DNA from: Haplodiscus bocki
Taxonomy: Eukaryota
Assembly: GCA_965655095.1 (NCBI GenBank)
Contig: OZ296653.1
Location: 51,956,001-52,020,000 of the forward strand
Direction: 5' to 3'
DNA length: 64,000 nt
Part shown: positions 27,201 through 39,729 of the stretch, piece after piece
Layout of the letters: each line of letters opens with the position of its first letter
How positions within the stretch are numbered: the stretch's first letter is position 1
Program-made: the position numbers and the translations under genes
The notes under the pieces: generated by a model
Seen by the model: only the letters and a program-made list of their open reading frames with translations
Databases searched by the model: none
What the model was told of the DNA's origin: nothing

Positions 27201-28201
27201 AAGCTTATATTCTGATTACTCTGCCAAGTTCCTGTGCCGCATATCTTAATGTTATAATAATCCCACGCCAACCTGAATTCTGCAATTCACTCACTATAAA
27301 TCGAGAAATTGAAATTTGCACATTGGTAATTCGCCCAAAAACTTCGGTGAACCTAATTTTGGGAAATGGTATATTGTAAATTTAATAAGTTGTTCATCCA
27401 AAAATCGGAAAATTTTGTTTAATTGGTGTCGAGTTATGTGCATATGAATGCAATATGAATCTCTTGTCACATTGTTTGGAACAGGCAGAAAGCTCCAACC
27501 ATTTCGCCTAGCTGTTGGTGGACAATAGGCTTCGCTTCGTTACTCTCGCCTACTGTGAGCGTTAAACTTCATCCATCGGTGTTCCTTTACACAATCCGAT
27601 GAACGCGAAGCCTCGTATACCAGTATTGTGTCAACTATATTTGCCAAAAAAATACATTTAGCCATTCACAAACGTTCGTTCACAATAATTTTACAAGCAA
27701 GTAGTAGTTACAGATGAAGAAGCAAGATTGCTGCGTCATCACGTGATAAACAAAAATGTTAAAGGTGTTTATCCGGAACAGTAATTCAATTTATTTTCAA
27801 TGGGAAAAGGAATGGTTGTATGTGCGGTTTTCCTCAAAGCATCTGATTAGAGTTACCGATGTCTTAGCCTACAAAGCGGATAAGGCGAAAAAAATTTCAT
27901 AACAAGTATGTAGCTATGTGTGAATTTGAAAGCAATTCACGGGCAACCGTCTTCAGTGGAACTTATTACCCGTTTTGATTTCCTCAGAGACCCCACAGAC
28001 GAATAAAGATCAGTACCAGGCTCCAAATGGGCCGCTAGTTATAATATGTTATATAATCGTTAGTAGTTTATGGGCTTCGACCGGGGCTGTTAGAGGCGCA
28101 TGAAATACAGCTGGCCTTGGTTAGATTAATAATGAATCATAAGTTAATTACATTGCTGCCAAATTTATTTTTCATTTTGATTATTCTGTCTGCAGACAAA
28201 C

Positions 28202-28240
28202 TTCAAAAATAAACTGACAGTAAGACCGACAAGTGAGTAC
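28202..28240 (-). CDS. Candidate 39-nt mini-exon of the neurexin-like gene
   Basis: aatttcag|gtactc...ttgaa|gtttgt, phase 2 to 2. Spliced to 24284 it gives YSLVGLTVSLFLK-TNEPFGVLLF, supplying the missing LNS beta-strand (cf. ISFDFR-TTEPNGLILF). Confidence 0.55.
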
Positions 28241-28799
28241 CTGAAATTGCGGAATGTTATCACAAAATTGATTTATCACAAAATTGATTTTATCACAAAG
28301 GTTGAAAAAGTAACTGAACGTTTAAAATAAGTAATCGTTTCAGAAACGGAAGTATCAAAATCATTACAACTTCAAAGCACCACATTTCAAAGCATCACTG
28401 ATCTTACTATGCAGATTACTTTCATGAACTTGCAGTGTTAATCGCCATCTTTTAACGCACTTTTAGTGATAAAAGAAATTTCCTCAAAATCGCCGCTGAG
28501 CCTTGTCTCGACAACGATGTCGAGCAAAAATTCAGGTAGACCAAAGACAGTTATCGCGTTTTTTGTCAAAAAAAGTCTCTCATTGGACCGGAAAACTTCG
28601 TAGGGGGATATTTGGTGTTTTCATGAAATTTGCATGTGCCACTGCACTAGAATTGACCGAACTGTGGAAAAGAAGAGTGGACACTTCAATGTGGTCCTTA
28701 AGAAAGGGCGAAATGCACATTCATTAGCTTCCTATTTCAAATGGATCTATGGTTAAAATTTTTGATTTCCGTTAACTGGTTAGCTGAAATAAGTCCTCT

Positions 28800-29917
28800 T
28801 GAAAATAGACCTTTCTCAAAGTTTTATTATTTTTCGCCGTATATGAAATATACAAGAAAAATTATTCATTCAGTAGGGTCGTTTTTCTTTTTTTTATCTC
28901 ACCAAAATTGCCAACTCTTTTTATTAAAAAATAAATGACAGCGGTAGGCTTAGGACAACAAGGTTCGCAACCAGTAGGTTGGGGGTTCGAGTCACTGCCG
29001 TGCCAAATATTTTTACGATTTATCCCTAACATTTTTCGTTACCCGAAATTAGTGACACCATGAAGGATTCCCCTACGAAATTTTTCGGCACTGTGAGACA
29101 AGAAATTTTCGGCGGAAAATCTTGATACTCCCCCTCCCCTCTTATCCATAAACTTTTTCGCTACCGAAAATTTTCTGAAACACAGCTGAGAAGGGTTTCC
29201 CTACGAAATTTTTCGGCACTGCGAGACAAAAAAAATTCGACAGAAAATCGTGACATAACCCTCTGAAGCACAAAATTTTTCGTTACCTGAAATTAGTGAC
29301 ACCCTAAAGGGTTGCCCTACGAAATTTTTCGGCAATGCGAGATAAAAAAATTTCGACAGAAAATCGTGATACTCCCTTCCTCCGCCTCCTCCCCCCCCCC
29401 CCTTATCCATAATTTTTTTTCGATACTAGAAATTTTGTGAAACACAGAAGAGTTCCCTTACGAAGTTTTTCGGTACTCTGAGACAACCAATTTTCTATAG
29501 AAAATTGTGATTTTCCCCTCTTAGGTATAAATTTTTTCGATACCCGAAACTTTCTGAAACACAGAAGGGTTCCTCTACGAAATGATTCGCTTTTGGTACT
29601 GTGAGAAAAAAAAATTTGACGGAAAATCGTGATACCCGCCCCCTCTTTTATCCCTAACATTTTTCGATACCAGAAATTTTCTGAAACACAGAAGGGTTCC
29701 TCGACAAAATTTTTCGGCACTGTGAGACAAAAATTTTTCAACGGAAAATCGTGATAACCTTTTGCATAAACTACAGAAATCAGTGGTCGAATTGATGTTT
29801 GTAAAATGTCTTTGAAAACTAATATCAAGAAAGTTGTTTTGTTTTTAACCGTTTGCAAAAGTTGATCAAAATATCTGAAGTTGGGCGAAAAATATGCCGG
29901 TGTTAGCCGGCCGTCCT
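28800..29917 (+). mobile_element. Non-autonomous Helitron-like element, subfamily A, copy 2
   Basis: Same head and 3' arm as 19040-19885 with more array units. Ends gccggtgttagccggccgtcc. Confidence 0.7.
28937..29005 (+). ncRNA. tRNA-derived segment, possibly Ala-CGC-like
   Basis: B-box GGTTCGAGTC at 28984-28993, anticodon-arm-like ggTTCGCAAcc, ends ccgtgCCA. The acceptor and D arms are decayed. Confidence 0.5.
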
Positions 29918-32900
29918 TTTTAAAATAAACTGAAAGAGAATGCGATGAAGCATATCCTGAAGGAGAAAGAAAGTGAAAATGATGAAATTCAATTACATTA
30001 CAAGAATTTGTGAGCGCTTGAAAAAGACATTTTCTGCATGCTTACATTGTTCCACGCGGCATGGATCATTTCCTTCAGGAAGAAAAATTTTACTTGGTAT
30101 ACATACTGAATTGGATGTGCCTTTCTGGAGTCCATGTTTAGATTTCATCATAATTCAAATTAATGGGTCACCTTTTAACAAAACTTATCGAGTTTTGTAG
30201 CATCTCCTCGCAGCCTGCTGAAAAACACTACCGACCATTTTTGAACTTTGACTTCTCTGGTTATATTATGATTCATTAGCTCAATTATTATTCTTAGAGA
30301 AACATGAATTCCAAATTAGTTTCTATTCGAACTTGCTCATAGGCAAGTTATTTATTCGTGAGAACTTTATATTTATGTTGTTAACTCATAACTCAGATGA
30401 CCAAAATATGCCCATATTTGAATCAATAATCACATCAATCTTTTGTTTATAACTCGTGAGCTGATTTTCTTCATCATAAATATCATATTTGAAAGCTCAC
30501 ATTATTCCAATGGCTGATGCCGAAGAAGATAACCGAAAAAACATTGACCTTTATTTCTACCGTTACTGATGAAAAGGTTTTCCAATGTAAATGCGATGAG
30601 GCTGCGAGTTATGTATAAAGTTAAATATTTGTATTCTCCGGAAAATGTCTCGTTTAACTTCGGATTTCAGATTTCATTTTAATTTTTACTTTTCATGGTC
30701 GATTTTGTTTTCTTAAATGAAAATTTTTCTCTAAAAGCAACGTTTTAACACTTATGCTTCAGATTCCTAATTTTTTTTGGCGGATTCTTTGAAGTCTCAT
30801 GGCTGCTCCTATCGTTTAATTGAATTCCTGAGCTCAATTTAATATCACTGAAGCTTAAAATTTAGAAAAGTGGAAGATGTAGAAAGAATTAACAAAAGAA
30901 AAGTTTCAAAATTTCTTGCGATTTTGATAAGGTTAACTAAAAAATAAAAAAATTAGCTGACAAAATCATACCCAATTTCAAAGACTTTGAGAATCCATTT
31001 GCGGGCGCATTGTTCACCTTTTTCAACTTATTGATTTTTCAATGATAAAATCATAACAATTTCTGTATTGTTTCTGCTAATTAGGTCCGTCTTAATTTTC
31101 CCGAGGGTGCGTTAATGAACTTCTAGGCGACTTTATCGGTAGAGTATTCGAATATTCACGTGTTCAAGTACCAAGTTCGATTTACATGTATTTAGATAGT
31201 TTATAGAGATTTCATCTAATTTACAGACTTGAGAATATCAACTGGGAATTTTTCGAAAAAAAATTGTTAGAATCAGTTATTTCGAATGAGTTGGAATGCA
31301 ACAAATCTGTTCCGGTTCCTCGGTATTTTCTCTAGGCTTGAATTTTTCAGAGAAAAACAGCAAAGTTGGGCAAAATTGAATAAAATTAGGAAATTTATAA
31401 AATCTTAATCCTAGTGGCGCGACCCGTAAAGTTCAAAAATTAAAAGGGGTTCACGTTTTTTGGAATTTTTTGGCTTTCCTGAAAAAATTGTATAATATCA
31501 TTTACTCTCAGTCTCACAGTGCCCAAAATTTTGCAGACAGACTCTTTAATACAATATATACAGACTGAGAAAGTCATCAGATCAAAATTTTTGGTTTGAG
31601 CATTTACGAAAAAAGTTAGTTCTATGGAAAAAGGGATATCACACGGGAACGGGAAGGTTTTGGATCAGAAGTCTTATTACGGTTGGAAACAGAAAATGTA
31701 GGACGATTTCTCATCCGTTTTGGGAACCTTTAGTCCTTAAGTTTTGAGATCGAAATCTGAACAGTTTGCGGTCTACGCGGTGCAAAAAAACAAGACCCGT
31801 TATAACAGTTGGCTCTTTTCGAAAAGGATCTTTTTTAAACTCTAAAAAAAACTAAAAACGGTCAGTTGTTTCTGCGTCACTGGAATTATCACTAAAACAC
31901 TCCTTAGTCATGCGGCATTCATTTCTGATCAGTTTTTGCCCGTTTGAACAATTTCCAGTGAACAAATTGACCACAATTACAGGGTTCATAAAATTGGTGC
32001 TTGCCATTTTGAGACCCATCTCTATCTATGCGAAAGAAGCCACAAAATTTAATTTACATGAGATTTTTATTTAGCACGTTCTCGAACGAAGACCAACTTT
32101 AAAATCATTTTCTTAAGGGGGAAGGTTATCCATTTTTTGAATTTTTCTCGGAGCAGAATGCCTTTATATGTAGTCTTAGTGGTTTCAAGAAGAGTCACAA
32201 ATTAATTTTCATGTTTGTTGTCCAATCCAGTGTTTGCAAAAGTTTTTTCAAGTGCCAAAAAAATCAAAAATTCTTTCAGACGGCGCTGGAAGAAAAAGAT
32301 AAAAGATAAAAAGCCATGATCATTCTTTTGTCCAATCGTGGCCCACAACCAGCGCCAATTTTCTGGCTTCTTGATTATATAAAGCTGAGTATTTTTGAAT
32401 TGCTTTTCAAAAATATTACGTATCTCAGCATGAACTTCTTTCTAGAGAAGAAATTCTCTGTAATCGAATGATGTAAACCATTTTAACTTCTTAGGTGAAG
32501 GACTTTCAGAGTCTAAAATTGGAATTATGCCCACTTAAATTTAGGCCATAATTGCTGAAAAATCGAAAGAGTAGTCGCTTAATTTTTAATTTGATTTCCT
32601 GGAAACCTATTAAATTACTCTTCCTTGCAATATCACTATGCTATATATCTTTTTAGGGAGTAATATTGCAAAGTAACATCTAATAAACGGTTTTCTCACA
32701 TTTTTATCTATACTATTCAGCATCTTGCGATATTAAAATGTGACTGACAGGAAAATGATATATTTGGTATATCATACTTACGCGGCCTTGAGTAAACCTG
32801 ATGTAGCAATTAATCAAAAATATTCTTATTCAAGTAGAAAATTTAGTGAAAATTGCGCTGGTGCTGCCTATATGCGATGGCGCAACAGGAGACAAAGTAC

Positions 32901-32922
32901 AGAACCATAAAAAATTCCCTAC

Positions 32923-32968
32923 CTGTTTGACTGCTGCAATTTCGGTACCTCTATTTCTGTGTTTGGTT
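32923..32968 (-). CDS. Candidate 46-nt mini-exon of the neurexin-like gene
   Basis: Pyrimidine-rich acceptor cttccgtctcctcgcag, donor gtaggg, phase 1 to 2. Encodes (E)PNTEIEVPKLQQSNR, in frame with 28240 (cf. ETPESFISLPKWNAKK at the start of LNS3). Confidence 0.45.
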
Positions 32969-33739
32969 CTGCGAGGAGACGGAAGTTAAATTCGTGAATT
33001 AACTTGCAACAACATATAGGCTTAGCTTATTAACAAAGACCTAAAGTCGCAAGGTAAAACTGAGTTGTCCTGATGTTGCTGTGCTTCACTTCTCAGTAGC
33101 TGAAACACTGAAAGCAGTAGTTTCGAGGGACGTTCCCATTAATTTGCTGATAATGATAATAAGAATAGGATCTAACTTTTTTTTAATTTTCAGGTCTTTT
33201 TCTTTACTGTTCTGGGATTTTTCCCTAAATTTTCGGGTGAACGTTTTCCGTTCTTTTTGGTGGTAAGGTCCCGTGGGTTTCATTTTCCCGCCTTTTGATT
33301 TCAGACTACTCATTGATGCCCAGAATGTTGAAATAACTTCTCAGATGGAACATCGAACTTATCAAAATTTGTGCAATCTCAGATCGAAGGTTTCTACTAA
33401 AAACTGCCGCATTTTGCTACTCTGTTAAGAAACTCAACATTCACAATTCACACTTCCAATACTTTGCTATTTCATGAGCAGTTTTCTTTCAAAAAGCAAT
33501 AGCTTATAAAACCGGCATATTTCAAAGTAAACCTCTCTAAGCGATATCTTTTTAAGAAGTTGTATTTTTAAAAACTCATCAAAATGGATTATTTAAATTA
33601 CCGTAAATAATCATGAACAGTCACGTAGTTTTTAGGGAGCGAACGATTCAAAAAGAGAAGATGTAAGTGAGCACTTTGATGTTAAGTCTGTTGGTGCGAA
33701 AGTATCGAGAAAACTTACACCTTGGGGTCAATGTGGGTT

Positions 33740-36700
33740 TTGTTAAAAATCCCCATCAAGCCTGTGTAGAAACAAATTGCTCAATCTATGGCTAGCAGTC
33801 CGAAACCTATATAAAACACCACATCGGATTTTGGAAAGATTGGATCTTATTTTTTTCAATTTCTTCCTACCACGTAATTTGCAATATTGTATTTGTTCAC
33901 TGGATCTGGCACCCTGGCATTTTTCTCCAAGCGCAGTGAAGAAAAGTTTCATTTCTGGCAAAAAAAAACTTCCGCAATGTTGTAATTTTTCATCCTATAA
34001 TACTTCATCAAAAAAACCAGTGAAAGAAACACGAACCCAGCTTCTTATTTCAGTTCGTATTTATTTGAAGTTTCTTCGCTTTTAACCCAGCTTGAGGTTG
34101 CTAAATTTTTCGTTTTGATAAGATCTGTGATGTTTTGAAAGACTCCAAGTTGTTTGACAGATTTTTTTATGAGTAAATTTGACCATATGAAATGACAAAT
34201 TAACTTTTCATTTTCTGGATATTTGCTAGCTTTTTAATTTTAGTCATCTGATGATGTCGGTAAAAAAATGATCGACTTAGTCACATAGATTGCGTTGCAT
34301 ATCTACTGTCCAAATGACTGGAAAAGTACTGCGCATTTACCGTCAATTTGGTCCATTAAAAGCACAAGTTACAGATCAGTCAACTTTCCTTACAAATTTG
34401 CAATCTTTTGTTACTCCCAATGACGAAATCCTCGTAGGTGCACCGCCCTGAAAATTCCAAAGTAATCGATTTTGCTCTGCGATGTTTACAAAAAAACTGT
34501 ACGCTTATGTCTTTTAGTCCATGTTTCTTTTTAGTAAAAATGCTGATTTTGACATCGGTTTTTTTGGTTTCCTTTTTAAGAGACAACAGCCTCACTCTGA
34601 CCTGATCCAAATCTAACACACCCGCAGCGTTTCATTTAACGCTTTCCTTGGCGCTATTCACTGGCCCAATGATGGAATAAAACGACTCCGAAACAACGAT
34701 ACGCAAGTTCTAATCTCACCATAAGCTCTTAGTAAAAAGGCGGTTGGTACTAATAATTTAAGTGCATGGATAAGAGGGTTTCAATAAAATCTTTGATGTT
34801 GGCCTTTCGAAAATTTATTAGCCGCAGAAATAGATGGAAATTGCATTTAGGAGGTGGTATCTCAGTTTCTATTAGTAATTGGCAGTATAATTGCTAGTTA
34901 TCGATAATTAGGCCAACTCGCTTTTATCGGAGGAAAAATTTTGATGGCAGTTTGTTCTCATTTACAAAATCGACGGTTTTGTCTCAGTTACAAAATCGGT
35001 GGTTTAGTCTCATTTTAAAAAACGGCGGTTTAGTCACATTTTTCAAATCGGCGGTTTTGTCTCATTTAAAGTCGGCGGTCTTGTACTGCTCCCCAGAAAA
35101 AAATAATTCAGATTGAAACCAACAATTCGGTAATTTTTATCGGACTTCAAGGCAAAATTTTTCAAAATTTGAGGAAAAATATTATTGTGGCAGGGTTGTC
35201 AATACTGCATTCTGCATGTCCAGTGGAATATTTTTCGATTTTGTTACAAATCACGAAATCGGCGAATCACGGAAAAAGTCTAGATATTGAGGGATTTATT
35301 TTCTTTTCGTAATATATGACGACGTAAAATAAAAAATGTAAAATTATGAGATTAAAAACTCGGAGAAATCAAACTTCGAAGTGTATTTCTATTTCTACGA
35401 CATCTGAAGCCGAAATTGAAGTCTATTTTCCGTAGAATTCTATGGGGCAAAGTAAATTGTAATCCTGAAACAACGTTTATAATGAACAACGATTCCCATG
35501 AGTCGTAAGACCTCTCTTACTAATTGTAACTGACGTTCAATTTCTAACTAAACCCAATGTGCAAATGGGTTTTGATTTTCATGAACCGGACACCCCGAAA
35601 AAATTAAAGAAATTAACTGTAGTCTGTTTATTTCGCCATTAGGAGCATTTTTTCGGACCGCATAAACTTCAAACTAGAAACAAGTGTTACGGAAAGCCAT
35701 GTGAAGATTTTTTTTGGTGCTGGAGACCAAACTTGGTGGCCCCATTCGGTGCCTTTTTGTTTGCATTAGAAATTATCTCGGTAGAAAATTGCTGCTTGAT
35801 TTAGTAAACTCTCAGCCAAGAAAGCTGAAAAGCTGTGAATTTTTGCCGTATCTTTTTGTACGATCATTATCATCATCATCATTAAATAAAACAACGAAAA
35901 TCAAATTGGAAACGTGTGATAAATGTAACTAGAAAAATTATTAGGCATGGGCCATAATTTCCAGAAAGTCAAAATGTGGAAGTTTCATTACTAATTTCGA
36001 AGTTTGAAGTCAAGATATCCAGATCTTTTTCTCAACTCCTAAAAACATTCTATCGAGCACCTGGTTGTTTGCCCACTGCTACAGAACAAGTTCGAGATCT
36101 GATTGCTCCGTGTTGACGTGGATACCTTTTAGTGGAGCCGGATGATTTGAAATTTCCTATGAAATTTCCTATTAGGTGAAGCTTGTTTTTTTTTGCTGTG
36201 GAAGCAACTGTGTTTTTGTTGTCTGAGAAGAGATTACTGAAGTTAAAGTTAATGTTTTGCGATGGCCATTTTTGTTCGTGCCACAGCAAGCACTTTTGTT
36301 CGTTGAATATTGCCGGTCTACACCAAGTGTTTTGATTCTGAGGCCAAGAAGTGCAAAATCGTCATTGTGGAAAGAAGATTTAGGACTGTAACTTCTGAAG
36401 TAATGGTTTTTATCATATGAACCAGTCATCATACTACGTCAGATGCGAATCACTTTTTATTTCGCTTGTTCTAAATATAGTTTTTTGTCAGCTTGATCAT
36501 TGTTTTATCTCTGGTGACCGTTGTATGCCACAAAATGGCCAGCAGCGCGCGCCTTGTTGGTTTTTTCAGTGACCCTACCATAAACCCCATTAACCGGATA
36601 GGGTGCAGATTGAAGATAACTACTGGAAGTTTGGTTCACGTATGATGTATGGTGGTACATTCACTCGTTAGTGTTTGGTTGGGATTCCGGTGTAGCATTT

Positions 36701-37400
36701 ATCCTCTGAGGACTTGCTAGTAGCTATGCAATACGGAGCCCATTGCTCTGTTTGGCTGCCAAAGTTGCTTGACCTAACTGGGTTCCTTGCTGATGAGGGT
36801 AGCATGTTGCATTGACGGATTCGTCGAAATAGATTGTGTGACCCATAATGCATAATGCTGCAACTTTCTAAGAACCCTTTTTTATGTGTGCATCGATCCC
36901 AAATAATCTAACGGTGTATTTCGTTATTTTTTTTGGATGCACGAAGCCGAATAGGGCACCGTGAAGATGACGCCAGTGTTATGAATAACTTTTTCGTGTC
37001 TCTTTGTTTTCTCACAGCATGAACAAAGTATTCACGATAGAACGCATGAAAAATTTTCAAGTGTTGTAACCTCTGGAAACATTTGCTTGTTTTCATTGAA
37101 GTCGCAGCCAACATTTAAATCGCGTATCAATGGTGAACAAGATAGGATTATCGGGAGACTTGGTCAGATTGTCTATTATATTGTCTCTGCGTTCCTTTAT
37201 CAAGTCTTTGCTTCTGTTTTGTCCATTGCAGTACAACGTGTTGTATGCAATGCATTTTTTGCAATGTCCATTGATTTAACCAAAAATGATCAATAAAAAA
37301 ATTTCTTCAACTAGGCATTAATGGATGTGGAATAAAATTTCGAATGCTGAACAAAAGCCGCTGCACGACGTCTCAATTGAACTTTGCAAAAATGAGATTG
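33740..37400 (-). mobile_element. Highly decayed BEL/Pao-like relics (gag ~36000-37400; integrase and tail ~33740-34800)
   Basis: Broken frames with Cys/His knuckle remnants (CWPFCG, ACCGTNKNGH), ITLEFSGRCTY (integrase WxFNP-like region) and RFRTASHRL. Interrupted by other repeats. Confidence 0.3.
34946..35081. repeat. 26-bp minisatellite, ~5.5 copies
   Basis: Units of ggcggtttagtctcatttacaaaatc. Confidence 0.85.
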
Positions 37401-38744
37401 TTAAAGCAACAATTTTGAGTCAATCTGGCAGAAATTGCTTGAAAAGAAAACTCTCATGATTCTGAATACTGCTTTTGAAGCAAACGAAATTTTGTTTTTG
37501 AAAAATAAACGGAATACTTAATTAATTTGGGTTTTTTACCACTTCATTAATAGCCGTTAATGTTAATAATTATCATGAAGTCCAAGGAATCTAAAAATAA
37601 TTTTGCATAATTTAATAAACAATATTCCACCATTGAATCTGGTATAAGAGAATCTTGCACAAAAACAACAAGCATCAAAACAGGATGCTTCTGTTATCAA
37701 CTTTTTAATTCTGTATTTTTTATGGAACTGTTTCAGGGTAATTAAAATAGTTTTTGGACACTGCCATCTGTCTTGGATAATTCTAAAACGATGAAGCCAG
37801 CCCACCAACGGAACAATCACCAACCAAACCGACAACAAGTCAAGTCAAAAGGACCGATCTGACACTGAGGTCATCGAGATCTTCGGAAATAGTCATACCG
37901 CAAACAGTAGATGAACAACCGCCAATACATACGAAGGTGGGCCAAAAGGGGTAAGTGACTAAAATCAAGACCGACACCAGTAAATGGTGAAAAATTTCAA
38001 GCGATGCATTATTCAAATGATGAATTTTGTTTTGTCATATTAGCAGGGAGAATCATAGAGAATGCTTAGAGTTTGAACATCAATTCACACGGTGTTTTCG
38101 AAGACCTCCGATTGCAAAATGGTGGGAAGGATGAGATTCAGAAGACATAAAAAGGGAGAAAGTAGTGGCAACATGATTTTCAACACATTCTGAATTAATC
38201 ATTGATTTACCGTCACATATGTCATACACCTGCTGTGGAATGACCATTTAGCTACCGAACTCCATATTCGCTTCTAGATGTCAATTTACACATCGAGAGT
38301 TTCGATTTCTTTCTTTAAACTCTGAAAAGGCTAACATCTCATTTTATACAAATGCATTTTCATCTTATAGAATTATAATTATAGAATTATAGAATTACTA
38401 TAATTTAAGTCAGAAATACAATAACGTAAAATAGGCGTTCTTTCGACTTTGGATTACGTTTCCCAAAAAAAAATTATTTGGGATCTGAAACTCCAAACGT
38501 TCCCATTTTTGCCAGTTAAATGAAAAACGCTTTCACTCATTCATACACTAGAAATTGAGAACGATCCAATTTTTAGTCGGCGTCTGTAAACAAGCACGAC
38601 TTTTGTCGTTGAGTATGGTGTTTTTCAAGACCATGTTGAATTGTCCTCTTCTGTTCAACACCCTTCTTTTTACTGCGCTCAATCAGTAAAAAGTTCACTG
38701 ATTTTGCAAGTAATCTGATTGCACGACACTAGAATGTTTATTTA

Positions 38745-38940
38745 CTCCTCAATTATCCGCCGCTCTCATACTGGTCAGTTCATATCTGCCACTCGAATAT
38801 CCGTCAACTTCGCCAGCTTATTTGGACTCGATTTCTGGCATTTGAAAATAAGATGAGACTGTTGGCCCTCGAATATCCACCTTTCGAATATCCGCCGCTC
38901 GCTTATCTTTCAGTCGAATATCTACAACTCAATTATATTC
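38745..38940. repeat. Degenerate ~17-bp repeat cluster
   Basis: Recurrent ctcgaatatccgccg-like units. Confidence 0.6.
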
Positions 38941-39659
38941 CAGCTCCGCAAAACTTTTCCTGTGGCTGCAGTAAAGAAAAACCTAGCGCGTTACACACAA
39001 CGGTTAAACGTTAATTAATTAGAACATGATTAATTAATTAAAGCTAACCTTTTGTAAAGGGCTGAGTGTCGATATAAACGAATAAAAAAGCTGATGGAAT
39101 AAATAAACCGTTGGAGTTGCACAAAGAAGTATTACAAAAAAATTCTAACAAAAGCTCGTTTCCTATTGGCTCCTGCTACCAACATGCTTGGTGCAGGCCA
39201 ATTTTTTATTGTTTGCATGGAATTACAGCATGCTGATATTTTGAAGTCGATCTGGGAAACGGACACGATCATAACTTTCCTTTCCTCTCAATGGACGGAA
39301 CTCCTCACTCATCTTCTGACTTGCTTTACTCTTCTCTCCTTCTCCCTTTTTTGGACAAATTATTCTAAGTCCAATTCCCTTTCTCCCTTTTACTCTCTTG
39401 GACAAAAGTATTGCAAGTCAAAATTCCCTCTTCTCCTTGCTCTTCCTAGACAGAAACTTCTAAGTCCAACTCCAAATCCACAAAAATATTCTAAGACAAT
39501 TTCAGTCTCTGTTTTAGCCGCAAATCCTTTCCAAATCTACAAAAATATTCTAAGTCTCCTTTTCCTTCTGACTTAAAAAAATTCCCTTTTTTGCCTACTT
39601 ATTCTATAGTCTTGTCGCTGGAGTCTAAACAGTGTCCACTAACGCTAGCTTCGGTATAG

Positions 39660-39729
39660 CGTGAGCGGATTCCGCTGATGAGCTCCGGTTCTGAAGCAGG
39701 AGCGAATCTTAAATTGCACAACGCTCACG
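39660..39729 (+). ncRNA. Degenerate type I hammerhead ribozyme motif, Penelope-like
   Basis: CTGATGA (39675-81), stem II gctcc...ggagc (39682-39703), GAAT in place of GAAA, short near-palindromic cttaaa-tt, and a distal stem I of cgtgagcg (39660-67) with cgctcacg (39722-29). Confidence 0.55.

Noticed and set aside
28937-29005. Functional tRNA gene
   Set aside because: The acceptor and D stems do not pair and the two copies differ at the anticodon, so it is treated as tRNA-derived repeat sequence.
33040-33771. Further upstream neurexin exon candidates (GLMGIFNKTHIDPKV; KLMGTSLET or QINGNVPRNYC)
   Set aside because: The resemblance to DPKMKIHG is tempting, but I could not find a phase-consistent, stop-free path to 32968, and the region abuts BEL-like debris.
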